Source: Cellvibrionaceae bacterium
Lineage (GTDB): Bacteria; Pseudomonadota; Gammaproteobacteria; Pseudomonadales; Cellvibrionaceae
NCBI GenBank assembly: GCA_021151825.1
Contig: JAGKWQ010000014.1
Span: 6,455-70,454 of the forward strand
DNA length: 64,000 nt
Direction of reading: 5' to 3'
Shown: in pieces, positions 55,145 to 64,000 of the stretch
How positions within the stretch are numbered: the stretch's first letter is position 1
Layout: every line of letters begins with the position of its first letter
The notes under the pieces: generated by a model
Seen by the model: the letters and a program-made list of their open reading frames with translations, nothing else
Told to the model about the DNA's origin: nothing
The model's database searches: none
Position numbers and translations under genes: made by a program

Positions 55145-55951
55145 ATGAATATACAATCTGGTATACGAAGGTCTGGTTTTTTTCTGTTGCTAATTAGTAT
55201 TTTGTCAGTTAATGCGGTGGCACAAACTGCTGCAGTAACTGGCGCTATTGCCGCCGGCAATACTACTGAAATATCAAAAGAAGATATTAGCAATTTATTG
55301 AAAAACCTTGAATCAAGCATGTTGCCTGCCGTGGCTTCTGCATCAATGCGTATGATAAGTTTTAAAAATGGGAAGAGCGTTAAAACAATCGATATGAATT
55401 TTAAAGTTAAAAGTGACAACGTATTGATTGATATACAAGCTCCGGCAGTGGACAAAGGTAAATATATTCTTAAATCGGAAGATAATTTGTGGATGTATTT
55501 CAGTAAAATAAAACGCTCGATACGCATTGCTTCACGAGATAGCTTCATGGGAACTGATGCCAGTAACTATGATTTGCTGGAATTAAATTTAATTGATGAT
55601 TATGAACTGAAATCCGCAGAAGAAACTGTTTTGGATAATCGCAAAGTTTATCGGCTGGAGCTTTTCGCCAAGCCCAATACTGAAGGCTACAACCAGATTG
55701 TAAGCTGGATTGATGCCGAAGAACGCCGCATTATTAAAAATGATTGCTATGCAATATCAGGCACCATGATTAAAACCATTAATTATGAAAGTTATGAAAA
55801 GGTCGATTCCTATCTGGTACCCAGCAGAATCAACATTAGCAATCATCTTGAGAATGGTAGAAATAGCATTATTGAAATATCCAGGGTTACTGCGATCAAG
55901 GATCTTGATGAGTCTACTTTTAGTCTCGGCTACCTGGAGTCCCTTAACTAG
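55145..55951 (+). CDS. Periplasmic LolA-like 'outer membrane lipoprotein-sorting' protein
   Basis: Signal peptide, P...KG...L....NLWMY, RSIRI, FMGTDASNYDL motifs of the LolA-like family. Confidence 0.8.
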   Translation: MNIQSGIRRSGFFLLLISILSVNAVAQTAAVTGAIAAGNTTEISKEDISNLLKNLESSMLPAVASASMRMISFKNGKSVKTIDMNFKVKSDNVLIDIQAPAVDKGKYILKSEDNLWMYFSKIKRSIRIASRDSFMGTDASNYDLLELNLIDDYELKSAEETVLDNRKVYRLELFAKPNTEGYNQIVSWIDAEERRIIKNDCYAISGTMIKTINYESYEKVDSYLVPSRINISNHLENGRNSIIEISRVTAIKDLDESTFSLGYLESLN

Positions 55952-56000
55952 GGGCTCCAATATTATTTATTGAGTTATTGACGGTTAGAGCAGGTTTTTA

Positions 56001-57257
56001 ATGAAGGTTTTTTTATCTGTGGGGGGAGTACTATTAACCATCGGACACATGGCAGCTGCCGGGACGCTCTTTGACGGCGCCATTCCTACAGATGGAGAAT
56101 TGAATTTGGGTTATGGTGCGATCAAAAATCCCGACGGTGATTTTGATAGCCAGGAGCATTATTTAGGCGGTCAATTAAAAATTAGGCCATCAGATACCAG
56201 CATTTTCTTGCTAGATGGTTTTTTGAAAAGTAAAAAGGTTAGTGACTTTAATGCTGAAGGGAGTTTTTTTTCATATCGAGATACCGAGCAACGATTGAAT
56301 CAATTATATGCTTCCATCAGATTTGATGGTGGTCATAAATTAACTGTGGGGCGGCAGCGCCTATTGTGGGGACATGGATTCTCTTTTATTCCTACGGATT
56401 TTATTAATCCTCCGCGTGACCCCGGTGCACTGGATATTGAAAACCGAAAAGGCGTTGATTCAATTTCGTTGGATATTTTTGGCCGTAGAACCAGTTACAC
56501 ATTTTTGGTTAATCTGGATAAAAGCAACGATCCCGGTTTTGGTGGAAAAATAACAAACAGTAGTGTGGCTGGATTGGATTTAAATGCTGTTTATTATTAT
56601 GCAAAGGAAACAGGTAACGCGGCAGGGATATCTTTTTCTGCCGATCCATTATCCTGGTTTAGTATAGGCAATGGCGAATTAACCATGATAGGGAGTGTTG
56701 CGGTAAAACAGAAATCCTCGTACTTTCGCCCTGTCTTCCAATCCGATATTAATGGTGCAACTTATTGGGCCCCAGGCGAACCTATTGCGGGTGATGAAGG
56801 AAATATCTATTCATCGCTTTATGGATTGTATTACGAGCTACCTCAGTATCGTATATCTATGCGTGCTGAATATTATCGCGTCGGCGATGCCTATAGTGCG
56901 TTACAACTCCAGAGCTTATATGGCGGACTAAATAATCAATACCAACTTTATAAGCCATGGGAAAATGCATTACCAACAGGCCGCACGCAGCAGCATTATG
57001 TAAGCCTTTCCTTTGGCCAGGATAAAATCACCGATGCAACCGGGATCAAAATAAGTGACACGTTTGGTTATAGTTTTTCTTATTTGCAAGGGCAGGATGA
57101 TAAGTCGGAATTGTTTTCGGCTGCATTAGTATCGACTTATTTTGAAACTATGGAAATAGCGGCAAACTGGTTTATTCCTGTAGGGAACAGCCATTCTGAA
57201 TTTAATGATGCCAACTATGACTATATTTTCAATCTATCCTTTAAAGTTATTTTTTAG
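56001..57257 (+). CDS. Putative outer-membrane beta-barrel protein
   Basis: Signal peptide, alternating aromatic strands, GRQRLLWGHG..PTDFINP motif, C-terminal LSFKVIF with terminal Phe. Confidence 0.65.
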   Translation: MKVFLSVGGVLLTIGHMAAAGTLFDGAIPTDGELNLGYGAIKNPDGDFDSQEHYLGGQLKIRPSDTSIFLLDGFLKSKKVSDFNAEGSFFSYRDTEQRLNQLYASIRFDGGHKLTVGRQRLLWGHGFSFIPTDFINPPRDPGALDIENRKGVDSISLDIFGRRTSYTFLVNLDKSNDPGFGGKITNSSVAGLDLNAVYYYAKETGNAAGISFSADPLSWFSIGNGELTMIGSVAVKQKSSYFRPVFQSDINGATYWAPGEPIAGDEGNIYSSLYGLYYELPQYRISMRAEYYRVGDAYSALQLQSLYGGLNNQYQLYKPWENALPTGRTQQHYVSLSFGQDKITDATGIKISDTFGYSFSYLQGQDDKSELFSAALVSTYFETMEIAANWFIPVGNSHSEFNDANYDYIFNLSFKVIF

Positions 57258-57272
57258 TAGAGAAAGTTTATT

Positions 57273-57998
57273 GTGAGCAAAACGGTGTTATTTGGCGTTC
57301 CTTATGCAGGAGGAAGTGCAGCAGCAATTTATGGAAAATGGGCCAGGCATCTTGGCGAACATATTCAACTTATTCCGTTAGAGCTTGCAGGCCATGGTCG
57401 ACGCACTAACGAAAATTTTCACGATAATATTGCCGTTGCTGTTGCAGATATGCTGCAAACCATAAAAGAAATTGCGCGATCAAATACCTATGCATTTTAT
57501 GGGCATAGCATGGGTTGTGTGTTGGTGTATGAATTATTGAAGGCAATTGGGAGTGCTGGGTTGCCCGCTCCCAAAACAGTATTTTTATCGGGCAGAAACC
57601 CTCCTCATCATGTTTATGCGGGAAAAGATATTCATTATTTGTCAGATGAGGCTTTCTTGACAGAGATAAAGAAAGTAGGGGGGACACCTATGGAGTTTTT
57701 TGAACTTCCGAGCCTGGTACAAATGTTCCTGCCGGTATTACGCGCGGACTATCGTCTGATAGAGCGGTATCGTTATGCAGAACCACGTCATGTTACATCA
57801 GCAAATCTGATATTTCTTAGCAGTGATATGGATCCCCTGGTTACCCGACCAGATACTGAGGAATGGCGCCACTATACAAGCTCACAGTTTGAACTGCATA
57901 ATTTTTCGGGTGGGCATTTTTTTATTAATCAAGCCTACGCTGAAATTTGCAATCTAATCACTCAAAAATGCAGTGACACTCCGAAAGTTTATGCTTAA
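57273..57998 (+). CDS. Type II (editing) thioesterase
   Basis: PYAGGSA, ELAGHGRR, GHSMG nucleophile, LRADY, GGHFFI. Confidence 0.93.
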   Translation: MSKTVLFGVPYAGGSAAAIYGKWARHLGEHIQLIPLELAGHGRRTNENFHDNIAVAVADMLQTIKEIARSNTYAFYGHSMGCVLVYELLKAIGSAGLPAPKTVFLSGRNPPHHVYAGKDIHYLSDEAFLTEIKKVGGTPMEFFELPSLVQMFLPVLRADYRLIERYRYAEPRHVTSANLIFLSSDMDPLVTRPDTEEWRHYTSSQFELHNFSGGHFFINQAYAEICNLITQKCSDTPKVYA

Positions 57999-58303
57999 CC
58001 CAACGCAATTGGATAACGCTATTTTTTAATTACTGGTTATAGAAAGAGCTCCATTGCTCCAGCAAAAACATAGCGTTCTTTACTCATTTTGTAGTGTGTT
58101 ATGTTGCTTTCATGAGCACGCGTTAAACCCCATATCAATGGCAATCCCTGACCTAATGCACCCAATGAGGTGCTTCAGGTTCGTTCCTTATAGTGGTTCT
58201 CTCCCCCCGCATGGACTTCCAGATCTGAATTGGTGAAGTTTTGTTTACGTATACAATTCCTCTCAAGAGGTGGTTGTTGTCGTCTTGATAATTAACTAAG
58301 ATA

Positions 58304-58322
58304 GTAAACAATAATCATTATC
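58304..58322 (+). promoter_or_regulatory. Fur box upstream of fecI-like sigma
   Basis: GTAAACAATAATCATTATC matches GATAATGATAATCATTATC at 15/19 positions (counted by hand). Confidence 0.75.
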
Positions 58323-58355
58323 AACAAATTCATTCTTAATTGCTGGAGAACCCTA

Positions 58356-58877
58356 GTGCCGCCTGAAGCTGTATCAGACCAGCAATTCGATGCCTGGTAT
58401 TTAAATCATAATGACTGGCTGCAGCGCTGGCTCCGGCGTCGTATGGGGGATCACTGTACTGCGGCTGATTTAGCCCATGACACTTTTCTTCGGGTATGGG
58501 TTAAATCCCAAACTGACAAACTTCCTGAAGTGCATGAACCAAGAGCTTATCTCACCACGATAGCCAAGCGATTAATGATTAATCATTATGAGCGTCAATC
58601 GCTAGAGCGTGCTTTTATGGCGACGCTTGAGCAATTACCGGAACCGTTAGTTCCCTCTATTGAAGAACAAGTTATTGTTTTAGAAGCATTGCATGAATTG
58701 GATGTACTGTTATCCGAACTTCCACCCAAGGTTCGTTCTGCCTTCCTGATGTCTCAATTGGAAGGGTTAACGTATGAGGATATTGCTGTGCGTTTGCAAG
58801 TAAATGTACGCACCGTTACACGTTATATGGCACAGGGATTTCGCCAATGCTTACGCCTAATGTTAACCAGTGACTGA
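58356..58877 (+). CDS. fecI: FecI-family iron-starvation ECF sigma factor
   Basis: WLRRRMG..AADLAHDTFLRV, PRAYLTTIAKRL, FLMSQLEGLTYEDIA; GGAGA SD before GTG. Confidence 0.92.
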   Translation: MPPEAVSDQQFDAWYLNHNDWLQRWLRRRMGDHCTAADLAHDTFLRVWVKSQTDKLPEVHEPRAYLTTIAKRLMINHYERQSLERAFMATLEQLPEPLVPSIEEQVIVLEALHELDVLLSELPPKVRSAFLMSQLEGLTYEDIAVRLQVNVRTVTRYMAQGFRQCLRLMLTSD

Positions 58878-58886
58878 CCATCAAAC

Positions 58887-59855
58887 ATGAATAATCATAT
58901 TGATGAACAGGTTACTTCCCGGGTAATTGATGAAGCTGCTGATTGGCTGGCACGCATGCACAGTAACAAGCTGTCAGAGATTGAGAAACATGCATGGGAG
59001 CAATGGTTGAAACAGAGTGCCGAGCATCAGCGCGTATGGAAAAACGCTGAACTGCTCACTAGTCAATTTGATCGCATAGAGCCTAAATTGGGCATGTCTG
59101 TGCTTGATCGCCCTCGAGAACCAGCTTCAAGACGCAGGTTCCTTCGAACAATTGCCACACTGCTCTTTATTCCCGCTGCAACATGGTTTGGTACCCGGTT
59201 TTATGAGGTTAGCCGAACTAACTTTTATCGCACGGCTACCGGTGAGCGTCGCGAAATCATATTGGCGGATCGCAGTACCGTTGTATTGAATACCACCACG
59301 GAGCTGAATGTAAAATTTGATAATACCCAGCGCCTGCTGCAGCATATAACCGGTGAAATTTTTGTACGCACAGCACCTGATACTCAATTGTCGAACCGTC
59401 CCTTTCTGGTTGAGACTGATAATGGCCGGATGCGAGCCCTTGGGACGGAGTTTGTGGTCAGGCATGGCAACGTTGGTACGCGCTTGTCGGTATTTGAAGG
59501 CGCTGTTGAAGTCATTACCAGCCAAAGTCAATCCAGGGCAATTGTGGAGTCAGGGCAGCAAGTGATCTTCTCTGCACGATCTATTGGTGCAATAACACCA
59601 ATCCAATCGGGCGCAGGGGCCTGGCGAAATGGCGTCCTCTACGCTCAAGGGATGCGCCTTGCCGAATTCACGAAAGAGTTGGCCAGATACCGGCCCGGCC
59701 TGCTGCACTGCAATCCCGCCGTTGGAGACTTGCGAGTAACCGGGGCCTTCCGGCTCGCTGACACCGATACTATTCTTCGTTTACTTGCAGATACCCTGCC
59801 TGTCAGCATCGATGCGCGCACCCGCTATTGGGTGACAATTAATCCCCGTCAATAA
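58887..59855 (+). CDS. fecR: FecR-family anti-sigma/signal transducer
   Basis: EAADWLARM, SRRRFL before a TM helix, TATGERREIILADRSTVVLNT, RALGTEFVV, AWRNGVL, RTRYWV. Confidence 0.93.
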   Translation: MNNHIDEQVTSRVIDEAADWLARMHSNKLSEIEKHAWEQWLKQSAEHQRVWKNAELLTSQFDRIEPKLGMSVLDRPREPASRRRFLRTIATLLFIPAATWFGTRFYEVSRTNFYRTATGERREIILADRSTVVLNTTTELNVKFDNTQRLLQHITGEIFVRTAPDTQLSNRPFLVETDNGRMRALGTEFVVRHGNVGTRLSVFEGAVEVITSQSQSRAIVESGQQVIFSARSIGAITPIQSGAGAWRNGVLYAQGMRLAEFTKELARYRPGLLHCNPAVGDLRVTGAFRLADTDTILRLLADTLPVSIDARTRYWVTINPRQ

Positions 59856-59952
59856 TTTTTAAAAAATTTCATTTTTAATGTCCGGTTTTTGGGTTTCGTC
59901 TGTCATGTTTTTTGAAAATTTCGTTCAATGACTTTTGACCTGGATATAACCG

Positions 59953-62442
59953 ATGTTTGAATACCGTACCCGTTTTAGTTTTCCCGCTCGTCGATTCAGC
60001 CTGCACAATGCAGCGACCCATACCGCTTTAATTATTTGCACTGGCCTGGCCATGGCTAATGTCACCATGGTGCCCGGTGCATGGGCAGAAGAAAGCATTT
60101 CTACGCAGGAAGTAAAAACCTATCGTATTGAGGCGGGACCATTGGAATCCGCTTTACTGGCATTCGCTGGCCAGGCCGGTGTTAATTTGAGTGTGAATAG
60201 TAACCACTTGACCGATCTTAAAACGGCGGGATTAACCGGCACATTTTCAGTAGAAGAGGGCTTCTCACGCTTATTGATGGATACCAATTTGCGTGTAGTT
60301 AAACTGGAGCAAGGTAATTACACCATCGAAAGCAAGCCTGCGCCGATACCCTCAGTGAAAGCACTGGCGCCTGTGATAATTACCGCGCGCACCGACAGTG
60401 AAGTTGTTGAACCGTCCCGATCCGTGACACTTATTGAGAAAGAAGAACTGGATACTTTACGTCAAGGTTCGGACAGCCTCGCCACCTTGCTTGGAAAAGC
60501 AATCACAGGAATGGCAGATTCGAGTCATACCATCACCGAGTCCGGTCAGACATTACGTGGCAGGGAAACATTGGTTTTAGTAGATGGTGTTCCCCTGAAT
60601 ACCAATCGCGGCTCTTCGCGCAACCTTGCCAACATTAACCTTGCCGATGTAGAGCAAATCGAAGTGCTGCGTGGTAGTCGCGCAATTTATGGAAGTGGTG
60701 CTGCAGGAGGTATTATTTCAATTCGTACGCGCAAGCCGGAAGGTGAAACCCGTGCGCAAACAACAGTTACCGGCGTTGTACCTTTGTCAAACATTGGCAC
60801 TTCCGGATTGGGTGGTGAAATCCAGCATTACATTTCAGCGGCAAGTGAAGTGGTAGATTACACCGTAAGTCTCGGTGCTCGCCATGTAGGCGGATCATTT
60901 GATGCAAAAGGAAATCGCATTGCGCCAGAGCCAAGCCAAGGCGATATTTTTGATTCGAATATTTACAGTGCTGCGACCAAACTCGGTTTTAAAATCAGCA
61001 CGGAGCAGCGTTTGCAATTGTCGGCAAGTTATTACGATGTTCGGCAAGACACTGAATATGCTACTGATCCGGGAGTTGCAAAGCTTCCTCCCAATAGCGT
61101 TCCTGCCCGCTCGATAAAAGGACTTGAACTGGAAGAGCAAAATCGGGTCGAGAATACCTTGCTTGGTGTTGATTACGAACATCGTAACATTGGTGGAAAT
61201 ACGCTCGCTGCGCAAATTTATTATCGGGATTTTTTCACCCGTTTTGCGCCGTTTGACGCACGTAAAGTACCGGTGCGTGGTGCCAATGTTGATCAATCGA
61301 TGCAAAATTCCGAAGTATATGGTGGACGCCTGACGATCAAATCTCCATTGGGTGAAAACAAAACTACACAGCTTGTATGGGGTGGGGATTTTCACAATGA
61401 AGTCACTGACATGCCGCTGGATATTTTTGATTCCGCGCTGTATGACTCAAGTGGTGGATTGGTTTTCAAAAAAACCGGCAAGCTCATTTATATGCCTGAG
61501 GTGACAACAAATACGTCAGGTGCATTTGCACAACTGGAGCATCGATTTAATAAGCGTTGGTCAATCGAAGCAGGAACACGCTATGACCGCTCGAAGGCAA
61601 GCTTCGATGATTTCATACCATTATCCCAATCGAAATTATCCAATCCCGGAACCGTTGCTGGCGGCACCGTAGACTACGATGCATGGACATACAATGCCGG
61701 TACAGTTTTTTCGTTAACAAAATCCCATGAAATTTATGCGTCTTTTAGCCAGGGTTTTCAATTGCCCGATATTGGTCTGCAAGTGCGCAATGCAACACCT
61801 GCATTCAATATTAATAGTTCAAATCTCCAGGCTGTAAAAACTGATACCACTGAATTGGGGTGGAGAGGCCGTTGGGATAATTCACTTGCAAACGTTAGTG
61901 TATTTAAATCCCAATCAGATTTAGGTGCTGTTCAAAGTTTTAATAATGGACTTCGACTCGCGCGCACCAAAGAGCGGATTTACGGTGTTGAAGGGGGCAT
62001 CGATTATTTTACTGATGACGAGCGTTGGAGTGCAGGCTCAACTATCACCTGGATGAAAGGGGAAGAATTACCACAAAACTCCAGCCAATATCAGGATATG
62101 CCGGGCAATCGTATCCCGCCATTAAAATTTACCGTTTACTCAGAATATCGGCCTTCAGAAAATTGGAGCCATAAACTTCAGGCAACTGCATTTCAAGGGA
62201 AAGATTATCGGCTTAATGGTGTTGCAAGTTTCAGTCGCAGGGATACGAATGGGTATGCCACAGTGGATTTAATTTCTCGCTGGAAAATTGATGATGAAAG
62301 TAGTGTCGTTGTTGGTGTAGAAAACCTTCTTAATCGTTATTACTACCCACTCTACAGCCAACTTTTACGTAGTGATACCAACACCAGTCATTTACCGGCG
62401 AGTGGAACGGTGCTGAGAGTAAGTGTTACTCACAACTGGTAA
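59953..62442 (+). CDS. TonB-dependent siderophore receptor with N-terminal signalling (STN) domain, IutA/RhtA-like
   Basis: STN (IEAGPLESALLAFAGQAG...GLTGTFSVEEG), plug TLRGRETLVLVDGVPLN and IEVLRGSRAIYGSGAAGGII, ENLLNRYYYP, terminal W. Confidence 0.92.
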   Translation: MFEYRTRFSFPARRFSLHNAATHTALIICTGLAMANVTMVPGAWAEESISTQEVKTYRIEAGPLESALLAFAGQAGVNLSVNSNHLTDLKTAGLTGTFSVEEGFSRLLMDTNLRVVKLEQGNYTIESKPAPIPSVKALAPVIITARTDSEVVEPSRSVTLIEKEELDTLRQGSDSLATLLGKAITGMADSSHTITESGQTLRGRETLVLVDGVPLNTNRGSSRNLANINLADVEQIEVLRGSRAIYGSGAAGGIISIRTRKPEGETRAQTTVTGVVPLSNIGTSGLGGEIQHYISAASEVVDYTVSLGARHVGGSFDAKGNRIAPEPSQGDIFDSNIYSAATKLGFKISTEQRLQLSASYYDVRQDTEYATDPGVAKLPPNSVPARSIKGLELEEQNRVENTLLGVDYEHRNIGGNTLAAQIYYRDFFTRFAPFDARKVPVRGANVDQSMQNSEVYGGRLTIKSPLGENKTTQLVWGGDFHNEVTDMPLDIFDSALYDSSGGLVFKKTGKLIYMPEVTTNTSGAFAQLEHRFNKRWSIEAGTRYDRSKASFDDFIPLSQSKLSNPGTVAGGTVDYDAWTYNAGTVFSLTKSHEIYASFSQGFQLPDIGLQVRNATPAFNINSSNLQAVKTDTTELGWRGRWDNSLANVSVFKSQSDLGAVQSFNNGLRLARTKERIYGVEGGIDYFTDDERWSAGSTITWMKGEELPQNSSQYQDMPGNRIPPLKFTVYSEYRPSENWSHKLQATAFQGKDYRLNGVASFSRRDTNGYATVDLISRWKIDDESSVVVGVENLLNRYYYPLYSQLLRSDTNTSHLPASGTVLRVSVTHNW

Positions 62443-62544
62443 TTTATTTTAAAATAAAAGTGCAACCTCAATTGGTTGCGCTTTTTCATCTCATTAAAAT
62501 GCAGCCAATGTAAGCTGAAAAACTGCATTTTCTTTTCATCAAGA

Positions 62545-62960
62545 ATGGACCGTTTAACACCACACCTGAATGCTGCTGCCTCTTATGAATACACCGAAAC
62601 CAGGATTGCAGAGGCCAATGATGATAGTTACGGCAACAAGCTAATACTACGCAATGGAGCCAAAGTATTCTTGCGTTACGATCAATAAGATGTCGGAGCT
62701 ACCGGTTATAGTGTGGGCTTGGGCACCGATGCGGTAAGCAGTCAGCAAGGTGATGTGACAAACAGTTTCCAGATTCCGGGTTACGTGCGTGCCGACCTAA
62801 TGGCTCAAGACCAATGGCTTTGGTCAAATTCAATTCTCACTGCACATTAAATATCACCAACATTAGCGATACACACTATTATATTGTTAGTGCCAGCCGC
62901 GATGAAATCGCACCTGGCAGGCCTGGCGCAGTATTAGCCTATATGCGCATAAATTATTGA
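62545..62960 (+). pseudogene. Decayed 3' fragment of a FhuA-like TonB-dependent receptor
   Basis: LTPHLNAAASYEYTETRI...GNKL...VFLRYDQ*, continuing in frame past TAA 62686-88 as GYSVGLG...QQGDVTNSFQIPGYVRADLMA. A frameshift near 62847 gives LNITNISDTHYY...EIAPGRP..VLAYMRINY* (TGA 62958-60). Confidence 0.8.
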
Positions 62961-62970
62961 TTAGATTTCT

Positions 62971-63018
62971 ATTAACCATTGTTTTCAAAGTGGTTAATGG
63001 GAAAATTTAATTTTTCCC
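62971..63018. terminator. Tandem inverted repeats after the receptor remnant
   Basis: ATTAACCA(62971-78)/TGGTTAAT(62991-98), then GGGAAAA-N6-TTTTCCC. Confidence 0.4.
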
Positions 63019-63293
63019 CTCAGTTAATTTTTCTCCCGGTATTATGCTGTTCAATGCGGCAGATACTCATAGTGATTGGAACAAACCGCGTAGTAACAGA
63101 AAACTCACTTAGCATAGAGTAGAATGCAAGCCCCATATTCTTCTGCGAAACCAGCTACGCCAATGAATATGTAAAAATTATTAAAAAATATTTACTGAAA
63201 TAGTGAATGTATTGGGCAACTGTTAAGCTGCTGTGTAAATGTTTTACGATGCCTGATTGTTCGATGTCGGTATACGCTTGATAATATTAATTG

Positions 63294-63761
63294 ATGAATA
63301 TAAAAGTGATGCAGAGAATAAAAAAGCCTAAAACACGTTATGAGCCATCAGAGTTTTTGCTGGATGAATTTAAGCGTGCGGGACTATCACCAACACCATC
63401 AAAACTAAAAATACTTGATATTTTTCATGAAAACGCGAATGGCAGTTTAAGTGCGTATGATGTTTATAACGTTGGTCAAAAAAAGAATTTCAACCTTTCC
63501 ATGTCTACTGTTTATGTTTCAATTGGCCGGCTGGTTAGCTACGAGCTTTTAGTCGTTACTATGTTTACTGGTAATGAAAAAAAGTTCAGATTAAACAAAG
63601 GCCAGAAAAATAGCGTGATTAAATGCCCTCATTGCGGAACCTTTGAAGATTTCGATGGAGAAAAAATTAGTCGCCTTTGTTCAGAAACTCTGCTTTCAAT
63701 GAATTTTTCTCCGGAAAAATGTGTCTTTTCAATTGATGCATTATGTAATAGGTGTCGATAA
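63294..63761 (+). CDS. Divergent Fur-family transcriptional regulator
   Basis: GLSPTPSKLKILDIF..SLSAYDVY..SMSTVYVSI wHTH, plus CPHC and CNRC Zn motifs. The usual His-rich metal motif is missing. Exact start (63291/63294/63309) is uncertain. Confidence 0.8.
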   Translation: MNIKVMQRIKKPKTRYEPSEFLLDEFKRAGLSPTPSKLKILDIFHENANGSLSAYDVYNVGQKKNFNLSMSTVYVSIGRLVSYELLVVTMFTGNEKKFRLNKGQKNSVIKCPHCGTFEDFDGEKISRLCSETLLSMNFSPEKCVFSIDALCNRCR

Positions 63762-64000
63762 TTTTAGTGCATTTTCACTTTTTCAAGACTGGCTATTAAT
63801 CGCGTTTAACTCACGTTGTTGCCCATGACCGCAATAGATTGTGATAAATTCCGGTAAGTTTCAGCAAATGCTTATCATCATTACCAACTTTGGATGTTAA
63901 ATTTTGAATGGACTGATCAAGGTCAAATAAAATTTCCCGCTGTTTTTCATCTCGAATATAACTTTCCACCCAAAAAAATGAAGCATAACGAGCACCGGCA

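Larger units (their letters stand above)
9633..57998 (+). other. Hybrid NRPS / cis+trans-AT PKS lipopeptide biosynthetic gene cluster (single co-directional operon)
   Basis: 17 co-oriented genes with short spacers and ATGA overlaps (23608, 44693): extender cassette, six megasynthases, discrete AT, export module, type II TE. Confidence 0.92.

Noticed and set aside
882-57998. Idea that the BGC makes a phosphonate natural product linked to the phn genes
   Set aside because: No PEP mutase or phosphonopyruvate decarboxylase in the window. The phn genes are catabolic, have their own Pho/PhnR promoters and are separated by a terminator.
59861-59900. FecI-type promoter (AAAAT...TGTCCG) before the IutA-like receptor
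   Set aside because: The motif is suggestive, but the spacing did not fit the E. coli fecA promoter as I recall it, so it was not reported as a feature.
287-62688. The many 60-170 aa ORFs nested in or antisense to the long genes
   Set aside because: They are shadow frames of well-supported CDSs with no recognisable motifs. The 62476-62688 ORF is instead part of the TBDR pseudogene.
1-64000. CRISPR arrays, rRNA/tRNA genes, IS elements, integrases
   Set aside because: No regularly spaced repeats, RNA-gene signatures or transposase/integrase ORFs were recognised by eye. tRNAscan and ISEScan were not run.

Overview
Gammaproteobacterial-looking window (Cellvibrio/Pseudomonas-like gene content; this taxonomy is inferred) with three blocks. 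(1) 1-8.9 kb: an aminophosphonate-scavenging regulon. A TonB-dependent receptor, DUF5690-type permease, TIGR03364/PbfC-like FAD oxidase, phnX and phnR lie on the minus strand, divergent from a secreted alkaline-phosphatase-superfamily hydrolase with four hemopexin blades. Both divergent promoters show a Pho box followed by a PhnR/PhnF-type operator. No phnW or ABC transporter is present in the window. (2) 9.6-58 kb: an apparently complete ~48 kb hybrid NRPS/PKS cluster that I cannot match to a compound I know. It contains a hydroxymalonyl-ACP cassette, a MycA-like beta-amino-fatty-acid starter and a stand-alone FenF/ClbG-like AT, with mixed cis- and trans-AT modules. The A domains read as Gly, D-aliphatic and Val. 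The final module has a C-methyltransferase, a dead KR and an atypical terminal condensation domain instead of a TE. A five-gene Lol-like export module and a type II TE follow. (3) 58.3-64 kb: Fur-boxed fecI-fecR-TonB receptor (IutA-like), a decayed TonB receptor fragment and a His-less Fur paralogue. No rRNA, tRNA, CRISPR array or transposase was seen. All family calls come from motif recognition by eye, not database searches.
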